From Patescibacteria group bacterium (GTDB lineage: Bacteria > Patescibacteriota > Minisyncoccia > JAHISW01 > Tagabacteraceae), in the NCBI GenBank assembly GCA_042577045.1, contig JBHPEK010000004.1, positions 1 to 46,545 on the forward strand: DNA of 46,545 bases, in the 5' to 3' direction. A program made the position numbers and the translations under genes. This document shows positions 37,189 to 46,545 of the stretch, piece after piece (position 1 is the first letter of the stretch; each line of letters opens with the position of its first letter). A model generated the notes under the pieces. That model searched no databases. It was not told where the DNA came from and saw only the letters and a program-made list of their open reading frames with translations.

Positions 37189-37803
37189 ATGCTTAAAAGA
37201 GAAAGAAAAGGTTTTTTGGTTAGACTTGCGGTGATTATATCTTTGATTTTATCGTTTTTTATGTTTTTTCCTAAGGAGTCTTTGGGTAAGGTTGGAAGTT
37301 TCAAGACTTACCACTTTGGTGAATATGGTTGGAGGGTAGAGTTGGATAGTGGATGGGATCGCATGAGCGTTCCTAATAAAGAGGTAGTTTCGGTTGCCGT
37401 GGATTCAAAAGTTTTAATCAAGTTTAAACATACAAATGTTGGTGTTCGAGTTGTTGTTTTTGTCAAGAATAAAGTCGTTAAAAATTGGTCGAAAAATCAA
37501 ATCGTAAAGGCAGTAGAATATTATGTAAAGAACACCAGAATGGTAAAAAGAGGACAAACTTTTAGTCTGAAAACTTTTCTCGGGGAATCTTTAAGTTCCT
37601 TTGGTAGATCTTACGATGCTATAGATATCCTGATGGGGACAGAGTATTGGTCTCGAGTGGGCAAGTTTGTATCTTTTTCTCATCAAGGTAGAGATTTTGC
37701 ATTTTTTGTTTACGTTCACGATGAGATGCGAAATTATGATTTTGAAACTTTGTCTATGGTTATAAAAAGAGAAATTCTTAATGGGATGAATTTTGTGGAA
37801 TAG
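37189..37803 (+). CDS. Hypothetical exported protein
   Basis: SD GGGGAGG, N-terminal TM/signal, 204 aa. Confidence 0.65.
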   Translation: MLKRERKGFLVRLAVIISLILSFFMFFPKESLGKVGSFKTYHFGEYGWRVELDSGWDRMSVPNKEVVSVAVDSKVLIKFKHTNVGVRVVVFVKNKVVKNWSKNQIVKAVEYYVKNTRMVKRGQTFSLKTFLGESLSSFGRSYDAIDILMGTEYWSRVGKFVSFSHQGRDFAFFVYVHDEMRNYDFETLSMVIKREILNGMNFVE

Positions 37804-37814
37804 GAGGTGTTTAA

Positions 37815-38417
37815 TTGAGAGAAATTTTGATAGCTACGAAAAACCCGGGTAAAATTTTAGAGATTCGAGAAATTTTTAAATTGCTAGACAATAGCATTCA
37901 GTTGGTTTTTTTAAGCGAATTAGGAATTAAAGGAGAACCAGTAGAGGACGAATCGACTTTTAAAGATAATGCATGGAAGAAAGTAGAATTTTACTCCGAT
38001 TTTACCAATATACCAATTTTAGCCGAGGATTCAGGCTTAGAAATTGATTATCTAAATGGCGAACCAGGAGTGTTGTCTCGTAGGTGGCCAGGGCATGAAA
38101 TGACAGATGAAGAGGCATTAGAGATAGCTTTAACCAAAATGGAAGGAGTATCTTGGGCAAAAAGAGGCGCGCAGTTTACAGTGGTAATGGCCTTAAAAAT
38201 TATTGGACAAGATATTATGTTTGCCGAGGGGTTCATTCGAGGGATTTTAACTACTGAACCTAAAGCAAAAATTATTCCTGGGTATCCATATCGTTCTATT
38301 TTTTATGTTCCAAGCCTGGGAAAAACCTTAGGGGAACTAACAATGAAAGAAGAGGCACGAGTTGCTCATCGAAAAGATGCCCTCTTAAAACTAATGCCCT
38401 TTTTAATGAATATCTAA
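37815..38417 (+). CDS. rdgB: Non-canonical purine NTP pyrophosphatase (RdgB/Ham1)
   Basis: 'IATKNPGKILE', 'TFKDNAWKK', 'AEDSGLEIDYLNGEPGVLSRR', 'AHRKDAL'. Confidence 0.9.
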   Translation: MREILIATKNPGKILEIREIFKLLDNSIQLVFLSELGIKGEPVEDESTFKDNAWKKVEFYSDFTNIPILAEDSGLEIDYLNGEPGVLSRRWPGHEMTDEEALEIALTKMEGVSWAKRGAQFTVVMALKIIGQDIMFAEGFIRGILTTEPKAKIIPGYPYRSIFYVPSLGKTLGELTMKEEARVAHRKDALLKLMPFLMNI

Positions 38418-38479
38418 ATTGTGGAAAACCGCGTATTGGCTAAAGTCAAAACGCGGTTTTTTTGGTATAATAAATACAT

Positions 38480-38956
38480 ATGAAAGAAGAAAAATATAAA
38501 AAATTAGTGGAGACGGTTAATGACTGGGTTTGGGAAGTTGATACTCAAGGAGTATATACTTATTCAAGCCCAAGAGTCAAAGATTTGCTAGGTTTTTCTC
38601 CAGAAGAAGTTGTAGGGAAGACGCCTTTTGATTTTATGACAAAAGAAGATGCGAAAAAAATTGCACCTGGTTTTGTAGAAATTGTAAAGTCAAAAAAGTC
38701 GTTTAGTGGATTGGAAAACTACAATGTAACAAAAGGTGGCAAGGTTGTTTTATTGGAAACAAGTGGCTCTCCAATTTTGGATGAAAAAGGAGGCCTTTTG
38801 GGTTATAGGGGGGTGGATAGGGATATAACGGAACGAAAACAAGTGGAAAAAGATCTAGAAACAAAGGTGAAAGAGCTGGAAAAAATAAACAAGGTAATGG
38901 TGGGCAGAGAATTACAAATGATTGAATTGAAAGAAAAAATTAAAAAATATGAATAA
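38480..38956 (+). CDS. Stand-alone PAS domain protein with coiled-coil tail
   Basis: 'DWVWEVD..G.YTY.SP....LLG.SPEEVVGK...GYRGVDRDITERK'. Confidence 0.9.
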   Translation: MKEEKYKKLVETVNDWVWEVDTQGVYTYSSPRVKDLLGFSPEEVVGKTPFDFMTKEDAKKIAPGFVEIVKSKKSFSGLENYNVTKGGKVVLLETSGSPILDEKGGLLGYRGVDRDITERKQVEKDLETKVKELEKINKVMVGRELQMIELKEKIKKYE

Positions 38957-39947
38957 AAAATTTTTTATTGTAATTGTTGTTTTGATGGCGATAATCGCTG
39001 GAGGAATTTATTGGTATCTTCAAAAACAACCGGAAAAATATACCGGACCGGTTGAGAAAATCACTTTAGCAGGATACGCCGGAGAAGCTGGAGTTCTTGT
39101 TTACATGGCTGAAAATCAGGGATTTTTTACCAAAAATGGTTTAGAAGTGACAATAAAAGATTATCAATCTGGTAAGGTTGCCACCGATGCTCTTATAAAC
39201 GGAGAAGTTGATATTTCCACTTCAGCTGATAGTGTTCTTGTGAGTAATAGTTTTGAGCATACTGATCTTAGAGTATTTGGAACTGTTGCTACTTTTGAAA
39301 ATAAAGAATTAGTCGCTCGAAAAGATAAAGGAATTACCACAACAAATGATTTAATAGGGAAAAAGATTGGAGTTACAAAAAAGAGTGGTGGTGAGTTTGC
39401 TCTTGGAATATTTTTAATATTAAATGATATTTCACAACAAGATGTAGAGATTGTTGATTTAAGACCGCCAGAAATGCTAGGAGCTATCTCAAACGGCGAC
39501 GTAGACGCGGTTTTTACCTGGGACCCTAATGTTTATAATATAAAGAAAAGTTTGGAAGAAAATGTAATAAGTTGGCCAAGTAGTGGAGATTTTTACTTTG
39601 TGTTACTTACAAAAGAAGATTGGTTAGAAAACAATCCTAAAACAGCCGAGCGTTTTATAAAAGCAATGGTGGAGACAGAGGATTACATTAAAGACAATTC
39701 TGAAAAAACTAAAGAGTTTGCAAAGGAGAGGTTTGGCTATGAATCAGATTATATTGATTACAGTTGGCCAAAACAAGAATTTTCTGTTGTGCTGCCGCAA
39801 TCTATAATTCTGGTATTTGAAGATATAGCAAGATGGAGGATAAAGAATGGTTTAACCGATGCCATTAAGGTGCCAAATTATCTAAATTATATTTATTTAG
39901 ATGCCCTAGGTGCTGTAAAACCAGACGCTGTTACAATAATACGTTAA
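38949..39947 (+). CDS. NrtA/SsuA/NMT1-type substrate-binding protein
   Basis: 'AENQGFFTKNGLEV', 'DLIGKKIGV', 'GDVDAVFTWDP'; N-terminal TM. Confidence 0.88.
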   Translation: MNKKFFIVIVVLMAIIAGGIYWYLQKQPEKYTGPVEKITLAGYAGEAGVLVYMAENQGFFTKNGLEVTIKDYQSGKVATDALINGEVDISTSADSVLVSNSFEHTDLRVFGTVATFENKELVARKDKGITTTNDLIGKKIGVTKKSGGEFALGIFLILNDISQQDVEIVDLRPPEMLGAISNGDVDAVFTWDPNVYNIKKSLEENVISWPSSGDFYFVLLTKEDWLENNPKTAERFIKAMVETEDYIKDNSEKTKEFAKERFGYESDYIDYSWPKQEFSVVLPQSIILVFEDIARWRIKNGLTDAIKVPNYLNYIYLDALGAVKPDAVTIIR

Positions 39948-39962
39948 TCATAAATTTAGAAA

Positions 39963-40802
39963 ATGAAACTTAGAACTAGACTGTATCTTAACTTCGTAAT
40001 TATAATTGTCTTACTTGCTGGCCTCGTTTTTGTAATATTTCTTACTTCTGAACGGATCACTAAAGAAAGCAAAAGGCATGAATTATCTCGTGTAGTGCAT
40101 TTGGCCGTGTCAGAGCTCAACATAATTAATTATGAATATTTGATGTACCACGAGGAACGAATGATGCAGCAATGGCTTTCAAAATATAATTCCTTGTTGC
40201 CAGTTTTGGCAGAAGAAGAAGAAGAAGGCTTAATAGGTGAATTAAATACTGACTATATAAAAATTGGTGATTTATTTTTACAAGTAATTGCAAATCACGA
40301 CAAGAGACAGGACTTTACCCAAGAGCAAGTTCTTCAAGAAGAAAGATTAACAGCTCAATTATTAATAAAATCTCAATCAATAATTTCTGACGCTTCTAAG
40401 CTGACGGAAAGATCAATGGCGAATTTAATAAACACCCAAGAAGTAGCTAGAAATTTAATTTTATTTTTAGCGCTAATTTTTCTTATTCTCTTGGGAATTA
40501 CGAGCCTTATTGTTGCTAGAAGTATTTTAAGGCCATTAGACAAGCTGACAAAAGGGGCGGGAATAATTGCTAAGGGCGATTTGGGCCATGAGATTAATAC
40601 AAAATCAAAAGATGAGTTGGGTGATTTGTCTCGGGCTTTTGATAAGATGACGGTTTCTCTTAAAAAATCCAGGGTTAATATAGAAAAACAAATTGCCGAT
40701 CGGACAGCCAGATTAGAAAAAATAAATAAAACAATGGTCGGCAGGGAATTAAAAATGATTGAACTTAAAAAAGAGATATTAGAATTAAAAAAGAAAAAAT
40801 AA
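39963..40802 (+). CDS. Membrane sensor with HAMP domain and no output domain
   Basis: Two TM helices with a helical periplasmic region, HAMP 'PLDKL..GA..IAKGDL...SKDELGDLSRAFDKM'. Confidence 0.88.
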   Translation: MKLRTRLYLNFVIIIVLLAGLVFVIFLTSERITKESKRHELSRVVHLAVSELNIINYEYLMYHEERMMQQWLSKYNSLLPVLAEEEEEGLIGELNTDYIKIGDLFLQVIANHDKRQDFTQEQVLQEERLTAQLLIKSQSIISDASKLTERSMANLINTQEVARNLILFLALIFLILLGITSLIVARSILRPLDKLTKGAGIIAKGDLGHEINTKSKDELGDLSRAFDKMTVSLKKSRVNIEKQIADRTARLEKINKTMVGRELKMIELKKEILELKKKK

Positions 40803-40803
40803 T

Positions 40804-41238
40804 ATGGACAATAATTTAGTAACAATGTTAATAGGTCAACATAATATTTTAAAAAAAGAACTCACAACTGTTTCTAGTTTACTTTCTGGCGGTCTGGAAG
40901 AGTCTACTTTTACAGAAATAGACAAGATGTTTAAAAAATTTACAGAGGATTTGTTGGAGCATTTAGTATTAGAAAATGACACTTTTTATCCAGACTTGCT
41001 TAAAAAAATGAAAGAAGTGGGGCAAGACACGAATGACACAGAGAAATTTATTGAAGAAATGATTGGCATAGGGAAGGTTGTGGAAGGATTTTTAGGAAAG
41101 TATGGCAGTTCGGAGTCAATTAAAAGCCAAATTAACGATTTAAAAAAAGAGTTACCAGATATTATCGGTGCCTTGGTCTTGAGAATTGAGTCTGAAGAGG
41201 CGGGTGTTTTTGAGTTTTGGAAAACATTAAGTGAATAA
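40804..41238 (+). CDS. Hemerythrin-like domain protein
   Basis: 'L..QH..L', 'HLVLENDTFYPDL', 'RIESEEAGVF'. Confidence 0.7.
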   Translation: MDNNLVTMLIGQHNILKKELTTVSSLLSGGLEESTFTEIDKMFKKFTEDLLEHLVLENDTFYPDLLKKMKEVGQDTNDTEKFIEEMIGIGKVVEGFLGKYGSSESIKSQINDLKKELPDIIGALVLRIESEEAGVFEFWKTLSE

Positions 41239-41241
41239 TAA

Positions 41242-43554
41242 ATGAAAATTAGAACAAAAATTACATTAAGTTCTTTTCTGGTTCTTTTGATTTCTTTGGC
41301 TGTCATTGGCTTAGTGATGCAAATAGTTAGTACGCAAATGTTGAAGGAGCAGATTTTTGAACACTTGAAAACAACTATTCAATCAAGAGCACACCACATA
41401 AGATCTTTTCTTGAAGAGCAAAAAGTGCTTGTTGAAAGTCTAGCTTTAGTTGGAAAAGTGGAGCAATTATTGTTAACAGACAAAAAAGCTCTTGATTATA
41501 ATGACAAGATTAAAGCTGTTAATGAGAGACTAGAAAAGACAGTTGTCTCTCTTGAAGGTGTTGACAGTATTGCAGTTTTGGATACCTCGGGAGTAATAAT
41601 TGCAAGTACTAATAAAAAGTTAATAGGTCTAAATAGAAGTAATAACGAAGCGTTTTTGTATGGAAAAAAAGACACCTATGCGCAAGGAGTCAATTCTGCG
41701 TTAGAGGAGACAGGAGAACCTATAATATTTTTCTCAACACCAGTAATAAGAGATGGTGAATTTTTGGGGGTAGTTGTTCTACGGAGAACTACAGAAAGTT
41801 TAAATACAATACTGCTGAATACGGCTGGTTTAGGAGAAACAGGAGAAATTTATTTAATGAATAGAGATGACTACATGATAACCCCTTCCCGTTTTTTTGA
41901 GGATGTTATCTTAAAACAGAAAGTTGATACAGAGGCATCTAGGAATTGTTTTGAAAAACATCCAGGGGGTGAGGATATAGAAATGTTTTTATACAAAGAT
42001 TACAGGCAGTTGGATGTTTTGGGTTCGCATTTTTTTATTTCTTCAGTGGATTGGTGCTTAATTGCTAAAATAGATGAAAAAGAGGCTTTGGCACCGACAA
42101 TTGATATTTTCTGGAATTATTTAATAGTTGCTTTAGGTGTTTTAATTACCTTCTTCTTTTTGTCTTGGTATTTGTCCAGAAGAATTAGTGCTCCAGTCGA
42201 AAGATTGCGCCAAGGATCAGAAATAATCGCTGGTGGTGACTTAGACCATAAGGTTGGCACAGAAGAAAAAGATGAAATTGGTATTTTGTCGCGAGCTTTT
42301 GATAAAATGACTTTGGCCATCAAAAAATCACGTGCGGAAATTGATCAAAAAGTAGAAGGGCAAACCAAAGAAATTGTTGGGAAACAAAAAGATATTGAAG
42401 AGCAACAAATGGCGACTTTAAATGTTTTGGAAGATGTTGAAGAAGAAAAAGAAAAAGTTTCTTTAGAAAAAGAGAAAACAGATACTATTTTGCATAGTAT
42501 TGGTGACGGAGTGTTTGTGGTGGATAATGATATGAAAATAGCAGTTTTCAATAAGGCCGCAGAGCAAATTTCAGGGTTTACGAAAGAAGAAGTGTTTGGC
42601 AAAAAGTTTAATAGTGTTTTGAAGTTTTTAGATGAAAAAGACGGAAGTCCTGGTGATGAATTTGTAATGAACACCTTGAAAACTGCCAAAATACAAGCAA
42701 TGGAAAACCATACAGTTTTGGTAAGAAAAGATGGCGAACATGTTCCGGTGGCTGATAGCTCGTCTCCTATTAAAGATAAAAATGGGAATGTGCTTGGTTG
42801 TGTGGTGGTCTTTAGAGATGTATCTCAGGAAAGAAAAGTGGAAAAAATGAAATCGGAATTTGTATCTGTGGCATCACACCAATTAAGAACACCACTAACC
42901 GGCATTCAATGGGTAGCAGAAAGATTAATGAAGCTTAAAAAATTGCCCAAAAAAGAATTAAGTTATGTAAACGACATTCATATATCTGCACAAAGACTAT
43001 CTCGCCTTGTGGATGATTTGCTTAATGTCTCAAGAATTGAAGAAGGAAGAATTGCAGTTGCACCTGAGAAAATTGATTTAATAAACTTTATTCAAGACTA
43101 TTTTAAGGAGTGTGCGCCGATTTGTGCCAAAAAGAATATTCAAATAACATTTTCTAAACATCCCAAAGAGCTTGAAATATTTACAGACAGGAACGCACTT
43201 CAAAATGTGACACAATCTGTAATCTCTAATGCCATAGAATACACACCGGATAATGGAAAAATAGACGTTACTTTGGAGAAAAAAGACAGTATTTTTGTTT
43301 TTACTGTTAGTGATACTGGTATAGGTATTCCTAAGGAGGAACAAGAAGACATCTTTAAAAAGTTTTCTCGAGGTAGCAATGCTCAGGCTGTTAAGACTGA
43401 TGGTACGGGATTGGGGCTATATATTGTGAAGCAAACAGTAGATCTACTGGGTGGCAAGGTGTGGTTTGAGTCTGAAGAAAACAAAGGGACTACTTTTTTT
43501 GTAGAACTACCATTAAAATCTAAGGCTAGGGAGGGTGAGGTTGGGTTTGCATAA
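41242..43554 (+). CDS. Sensor histidine kinase (Cache-HAMP-PAS-HisKA-HATPase)
   Basis: H box 'SVASHQLRTPL', 'NAIEYT', 'DTGIGIP', 'GTGLGLYI'; PAS 'SIGDGVFVVD...VFRDVS'. Confidence 0.95.
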   Translation: MKIRTKITLSSFLVLLISLAVIGLVMQIVSTQMLKEQIFEHLKTTIQSRAHHIRSFLEEQKVLVESLALVGKVEQLLLTDKKALDYNDKIKAVNERLEKTVVSLEGVDSIAVLDTSGVIIASTNKKLIGLNRSNNEAFLYGKKDTYAQGVNSALEETGEPIIFFSTPVIRDGEFLGVVVLRRTTESLNTILLNTAGLGETGEIYLMNRDDYMITPSRFFEDVILKQKVDTEASRNCFEKHPGGEDIEMFLYKDYRQLDVLGSHFFISSVDWCLIAKIDEKEALAPTIDIFWNYLIVALGVLITFFFLSWYLSRRISAPVERLRQGSEIIAGGDLDHKVGTEEKDEIGILSRAFDKMTLAIKKSRAEIDQKVEGQTKEIVGKQKDIEEQQMATLNVLEDVEEEKEKVSLEKEKTDTILHSIGDGVFVVDNDMKIAVFNKAAEQISGFTKEEVFGKKFNSVLKFLDEKDGSPGDEFVMNTLKTAKIQAMENHTVLVRKDGEHVPVADSSSPIKDKNGNVLGCVVVFRDVSQERKVEKMKSEFVSVASHQLRTPLTGIQWVAERLMKLKKLPKKELSYVNDIHISAQRLSRLVDDLLNVSRIEEGRIAVAPEKIDLINFIQDYFKECAPICAKKNIQITFSKHPKELEIFTDRNALQNVTQSVISNAIEYTPDNGKIDVTLEKKDSIFVFTVSDTGIGIPKEEQEDIFKKFSRGSNAQAVKTDGTGLGLYIVKQTVDLLGGKVWFESEENKGTTFFVELPLKSKAREGEVGFA

Positions 43555-43674
43555 AGACGAGTATTTGGAATTAAGTATGGATAAGCTTATAAATGGGCTT
43601 ATAAAAAGCTCTATGAACAAGTAGCTGTTGTTATACTTTATTCTTTATTCTGTATACTATATACTAAAGACATT

Positions 43675-44094
43675 ATGAAAAAGATAAAAATAGCATTAAT
43701 AGAGGATGACGAAGTGTTGTCTAAGGTGTTAAACGAAGAATTAATCGACGCTGGTTTCGAGGTTCATCAAGCTTTTGATGGAGAGGCTGGTTTAGAGTTG
43801 GTTCAAAAGGAAACACCCGACTTGGCTTTATTAGATATTATGCTTCCCAAAATGAAAGGTTTTGATGTTTTAAAGGAGATGAAAAAATCTCCCGGCACCA
43901 AAGGTATTCCGGTGATGATTCTTACTATGCTTGGAAGTGATGATGATATTAAAAAAGGCCTTCAGTTGGGGGCTAATGACTATATTGTAAAATCTCAACA
44001 TGCTGTTGGAGAGATTGTAGATAAGGTAAAAGATTTTTTTGGACAAGAAAGTAGACCAGAGGCCAAACAAGCAGAAGAGACAGAAGAAAAATAA
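43675..44094 (+). CDS. Single-domain response regulator (receiver)
   Basis: 'IEDD', 'LLDIMLP', 'ILT', 'GANDYIVK'. Confidence 0.93.
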   Translation: MKKIKIALIEDDEVLSKVLNEELIDAGFEVHQAFDGEAGLELVQKETPDLALLDIMLPKMKGFDVLKEMKKSPGTKGIPVMILTMLGSDDDIKKGLQLGANDYIVKSQHAVGEIVDKVKDFFGQESRPEAKQAEETEEK

Positions 44095-44099
44095 TTTTA

Positions 44100-46124
44100 A
44101 TGTTCAAGTTTAGGGTTTTCTCAACTCTATTTATAATTTTCTTAATTTACATTTTTGGTGTAAGTGGTGTTTTTGCAGACACCACTGCTACTTTACGACC
44201 AATTGCTGATGGTGGAGAGGATAGTGCTAACTGGGCTAATACTGGCAGTACTGCTTGTGATGCAACTGATTGTTATACGGAGGTAGATGAATTGGCTGGG
44301 GCTTCCTGTACCGACAGCGATGGAGACACATCTTATATTGAAACTAGCAATGGCAAGGAGGGACAAACATTTGATATAGATGTTTCTAGTATTACAGACG
44401 ATTCCATAATAACTCAAATTGATATCACTTTTTGTGGCATTCGCGGGCAAGCGGGTTCAGGCGTTAAAACAAGGCAATGTATTGATGGTTCTTGTTCTAA
44501 TGCCGATGTTAGTGCGTCTCTTACAGATGCTTATGCTGAAACAACACAATCTTTTACAGGGTTAAGTGTTGTAAAAAGTGTAAGTACAGATGTTGAAATA
44601 GGTATTTTAAATGTTGCCCCGAAAATTTCTAGGATAAGCCAAGTTTCGGCTGTTATAACATATACACCGCCAGATACCACTGCGCCAAGTGCCGTGGCGG
44701 ACTTAGCAACTTCAGGTGCTTCCCAAAATTCCATAAGTCTTACTTGGACAGCACCCGGAGATGATGCTGGCTCGGGAACTGCCACCACATATGATGTACG
44801 CTATTCCACAGCCACCATCAACGATGGAAACTGGGGATTAGCCACTCAAGCCACAGGTGAACCATCTCCATCTGTTGCCGGTTCTTCAGAATCTTTCACC
44901 GTTACAGGTCTTTCACCATCAACCACATATTACTTTGCAATCAAGACATCGGATGAAGTTCCAAATGAGTCTGCTATTTCTAATGTGGATAGTCTAGCGA
45001 CTACAGCAACCCCAGACACCACAGCACCATCTGCCGTGTCTGACCTTGCTGCATCAGGAGCAAGCAACAACTCCATAGACCTAGATTGGACAGCGCCCGG
45101 AGATGATGCTGGCTCGGGAACTGCGACGAGTTATGATGTGAGATATTCTACTGCAGACATCACAGATGATACAGATTTTAATAATGCCACTCAAGCCACA
45201 GGTGAACCATCTCCATCTGTTGCCGGTTCTTCAGAATCTTTCACCGTTACAGGTCTTTCACCATCAACCACATATTACTTTGCAATCAAGACATCAGATG
45301 AAGTTCCAAATGAGTCAGCTGTTTCAAATGTACCAAGCGATACAACAAGCGAAGAAAGTTCTATCGTTATCACGGGTGATAGTGGTGGTGGAGGTGTGGC
45401 AGCCACAATGGTTGTTTTTGGAGGGCAGGCGTATCCTGGAAGTGAAATTATAGTGCAATTTAAAGACAGCTTAAACAACCAGTTTAGGAATGTTCCTTTG
45501 TCCACTTACCAAATGGAAAATGATGGAAAATTTTACATTTCTTACATGGCATTTCTTTCTGGAAAATATTTTTTTAGCCTAAAAGCCCAAGACAAATTAG
45601 GACAAACAACTGGCATAAAGTCTTACAATGTAGATTTTAATTCTGAGAAGAGTTTAATAGTTGAGGATATACTTTTTCCTCCAACCTTGAATTTTGGAAA
45701 CGGTGTTTATACTTTGAACGAAGATATTAATATTTCTGGGTATTCCACAGCTCATTCCAAGATAAATTTGAGTATTGATGATATAATTAAAAAAGAGACA
45801 ACTTCTGACAAAGATGGTTGTTATCAGTTTGTTTTTAGTCCTAGCGAGTTGGAGGTTGGAGATTATTTTGCAAAAGTTAGCCAAACATCTGTGGGTGGAG
45901 AAGAGAGTGGTTTTTCTTTTCCTCGGGCTTTCAGAATTTCCTCATTAAGTTTCCCTCGCGCAGATTTTAATAAAGATAACGGCATAAACATAACGGACTG
46001 GAGTATATTTTTATACAGGTGGGGTTCAGAGGAGGAGTCTCTCAAACGAACCATAGATTTAGATGATAATGGCCAAGTTAATATTATAGACTTTAGTATC
46101 TTTTTAAAAAATATAAATATCTAG
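44100..46124 (+). CDS. Secreted protein with two FN3 repeats and a C-terminal dockerin-like domain
   Basis: Two copies of 'WTAPGDD..SGTA..YDVRYS...GLSPSTTYYFAIK'; paired Ca-binding loops DFNKDNGINITD and DLDDNGQVNIID. Confidence 0.85.
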   Translation: MFKFRVFSTLFIIFLIYIFGVSGVFADTTATLRPIADGGEDSANWANTGSTACDATDCYTEVDELAGASCTDSDGDTSYIETSNGKEGQTFDIDVSSITDDSIITQIDITFCGIRGQAGSGVKTRQCIDGSCSNADVSASLTDAYAETTQSFTGLSVVKSVSTDVEIGILNVAPKISRISQVSAVITYTPPDTTAPSAVADLATSGASQNSISLTWTAPGDDAGSGTATTYDVRYSTATINDGNWGLATQATGEPSPSVAGSSESFTVTGLSPSTTYYFAIKTSDEVPNESAISNVDSLATTATPDTTAPSAVSDLAASGASNNSIDLDWTAPGDDAGSGTATSYDVRYSTADITDDTDFNNATQATGEPSPSVAGSSESFTVTGLSPSTTYYFAIKTSDEVPNESAVSNVPSDTTSEESSIVITGDSGGGGVAATMVVFGGQAYPGSEIIVQFKDSLNNQFRNVPLSTYQMENDGKFYISYMAFLSGKYFFSLKAQDKLGQTTGIKSYNVDFNSEKSLIVEDILFPPTLNFGNGVYTLNEDINISGYSTAHSKINLSIDDIIKKETTSDKDGCYQFVFSPSELEVGDYFAKVSQTSVGGEESGFSFPRAFRISSLSFPRADFNKDNGINITDWSIFLYRWGSEEESLKRTIDLDDNGQVNIIDFSIFLKNINI

Positions 46125-46164
46125 TATTAAGTATTTAGTATAAAGTATTAAGAATTAAGTATAA
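46123..46164. repeat. Degenerate 7-bp tandem repeat (AGTATTA x6)
   Basis: agtatta agtattt agtataa agtatta agaatta agtataa. Confidence 0.7.
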
Positions 46165-46170
46165 TTAAGT

Positions 46171-46417
46171 ATGAGTTTAAATAAAATTTTCATTATATTG
46201 GGGTTGGTCGTTTTTTGTGTGTATGCCTCTCCAGTAGATGCAGCTAGAACGTACTTGTTACCTGAAACAAGGTCTTTAAGCATTGGTCAAGAGTTTTATG
46301 TTGATTTTAAGGTAGACACTGAAGATGTTTTTATAAATGCGGTTCAATCTACCGTTAACTATCCGAACGATGTTTTGGAGGTTGTTGGGGCCGAAAAAAT
46401 TAGTTCAGTGTTTAATT
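46171..46417 (+). CDS. Cohesin-domain secreted protein, partial (continuation is inverted)
   Basis: Signal peptide; 'IGQEFYVDFKVDT....INAVQ..VNYP.DVLEV......SVFN'; continues as FWIDEP... on the minus strand at the window end. Confidence 0.7.
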
Positions 46418-46545
46418 CTCACAATCTGCAAAGAACTTCCAGATACTCCCTTGGCTGTACCACCTATAAAATCTAATATCCCTAAATCATTTGAAGGAGA
46501 TGGCTCGTCTATCCAGAAATTAAACACTGAACTAATTTTTTCGGC

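Overview
AT-rich bacterial chromosomal fragment whose gene content and order (ftsK-hyp-recA, rpsF-ssb-rpsR, ychF, secG-peptide SBP-cupin PGI-rnj, groES/groEL, lemA-htpX, class II RNR, rpoD, large Ig/FN3 surface proteins) suggest a Patescibacteria/CPR (Parcubacteria-like) organism; this taxonomy is inferred. The main accessory element is a complete diversity-generating retroelement (DGR) at about 31.9-34.4 kb. It has a target gene with a 3' variable repeat, a 127-bp template repeat that differs from it at 18 positions (all TR adenines), an Avd-like gene on the opposite strand that a G11 tract separates from its likely ATG, and a DGR-type reverse transcriptase. The cassette is bracketed by identical 37-bp palindromic direct repeats, and the right copy sits next to a variant of the REP hairpin that flanks a RAYT-type HUH transposase at 20 kb. 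Other notable items: an intact tRNA-Asn nested inside an interrupted outer tRNA-like shell, a split signalling cluster in which output-less sensor proteins share a C-terminal 'VGRELxMIELK' tail, a thrombospondin type-1 repeat in a surface protein, and palindromic insertions read in frame inside core genes. Both window ends look like fold-back chimeras (probable amplification artefacts). All alignments and counts were done by eye; no database searches were run.
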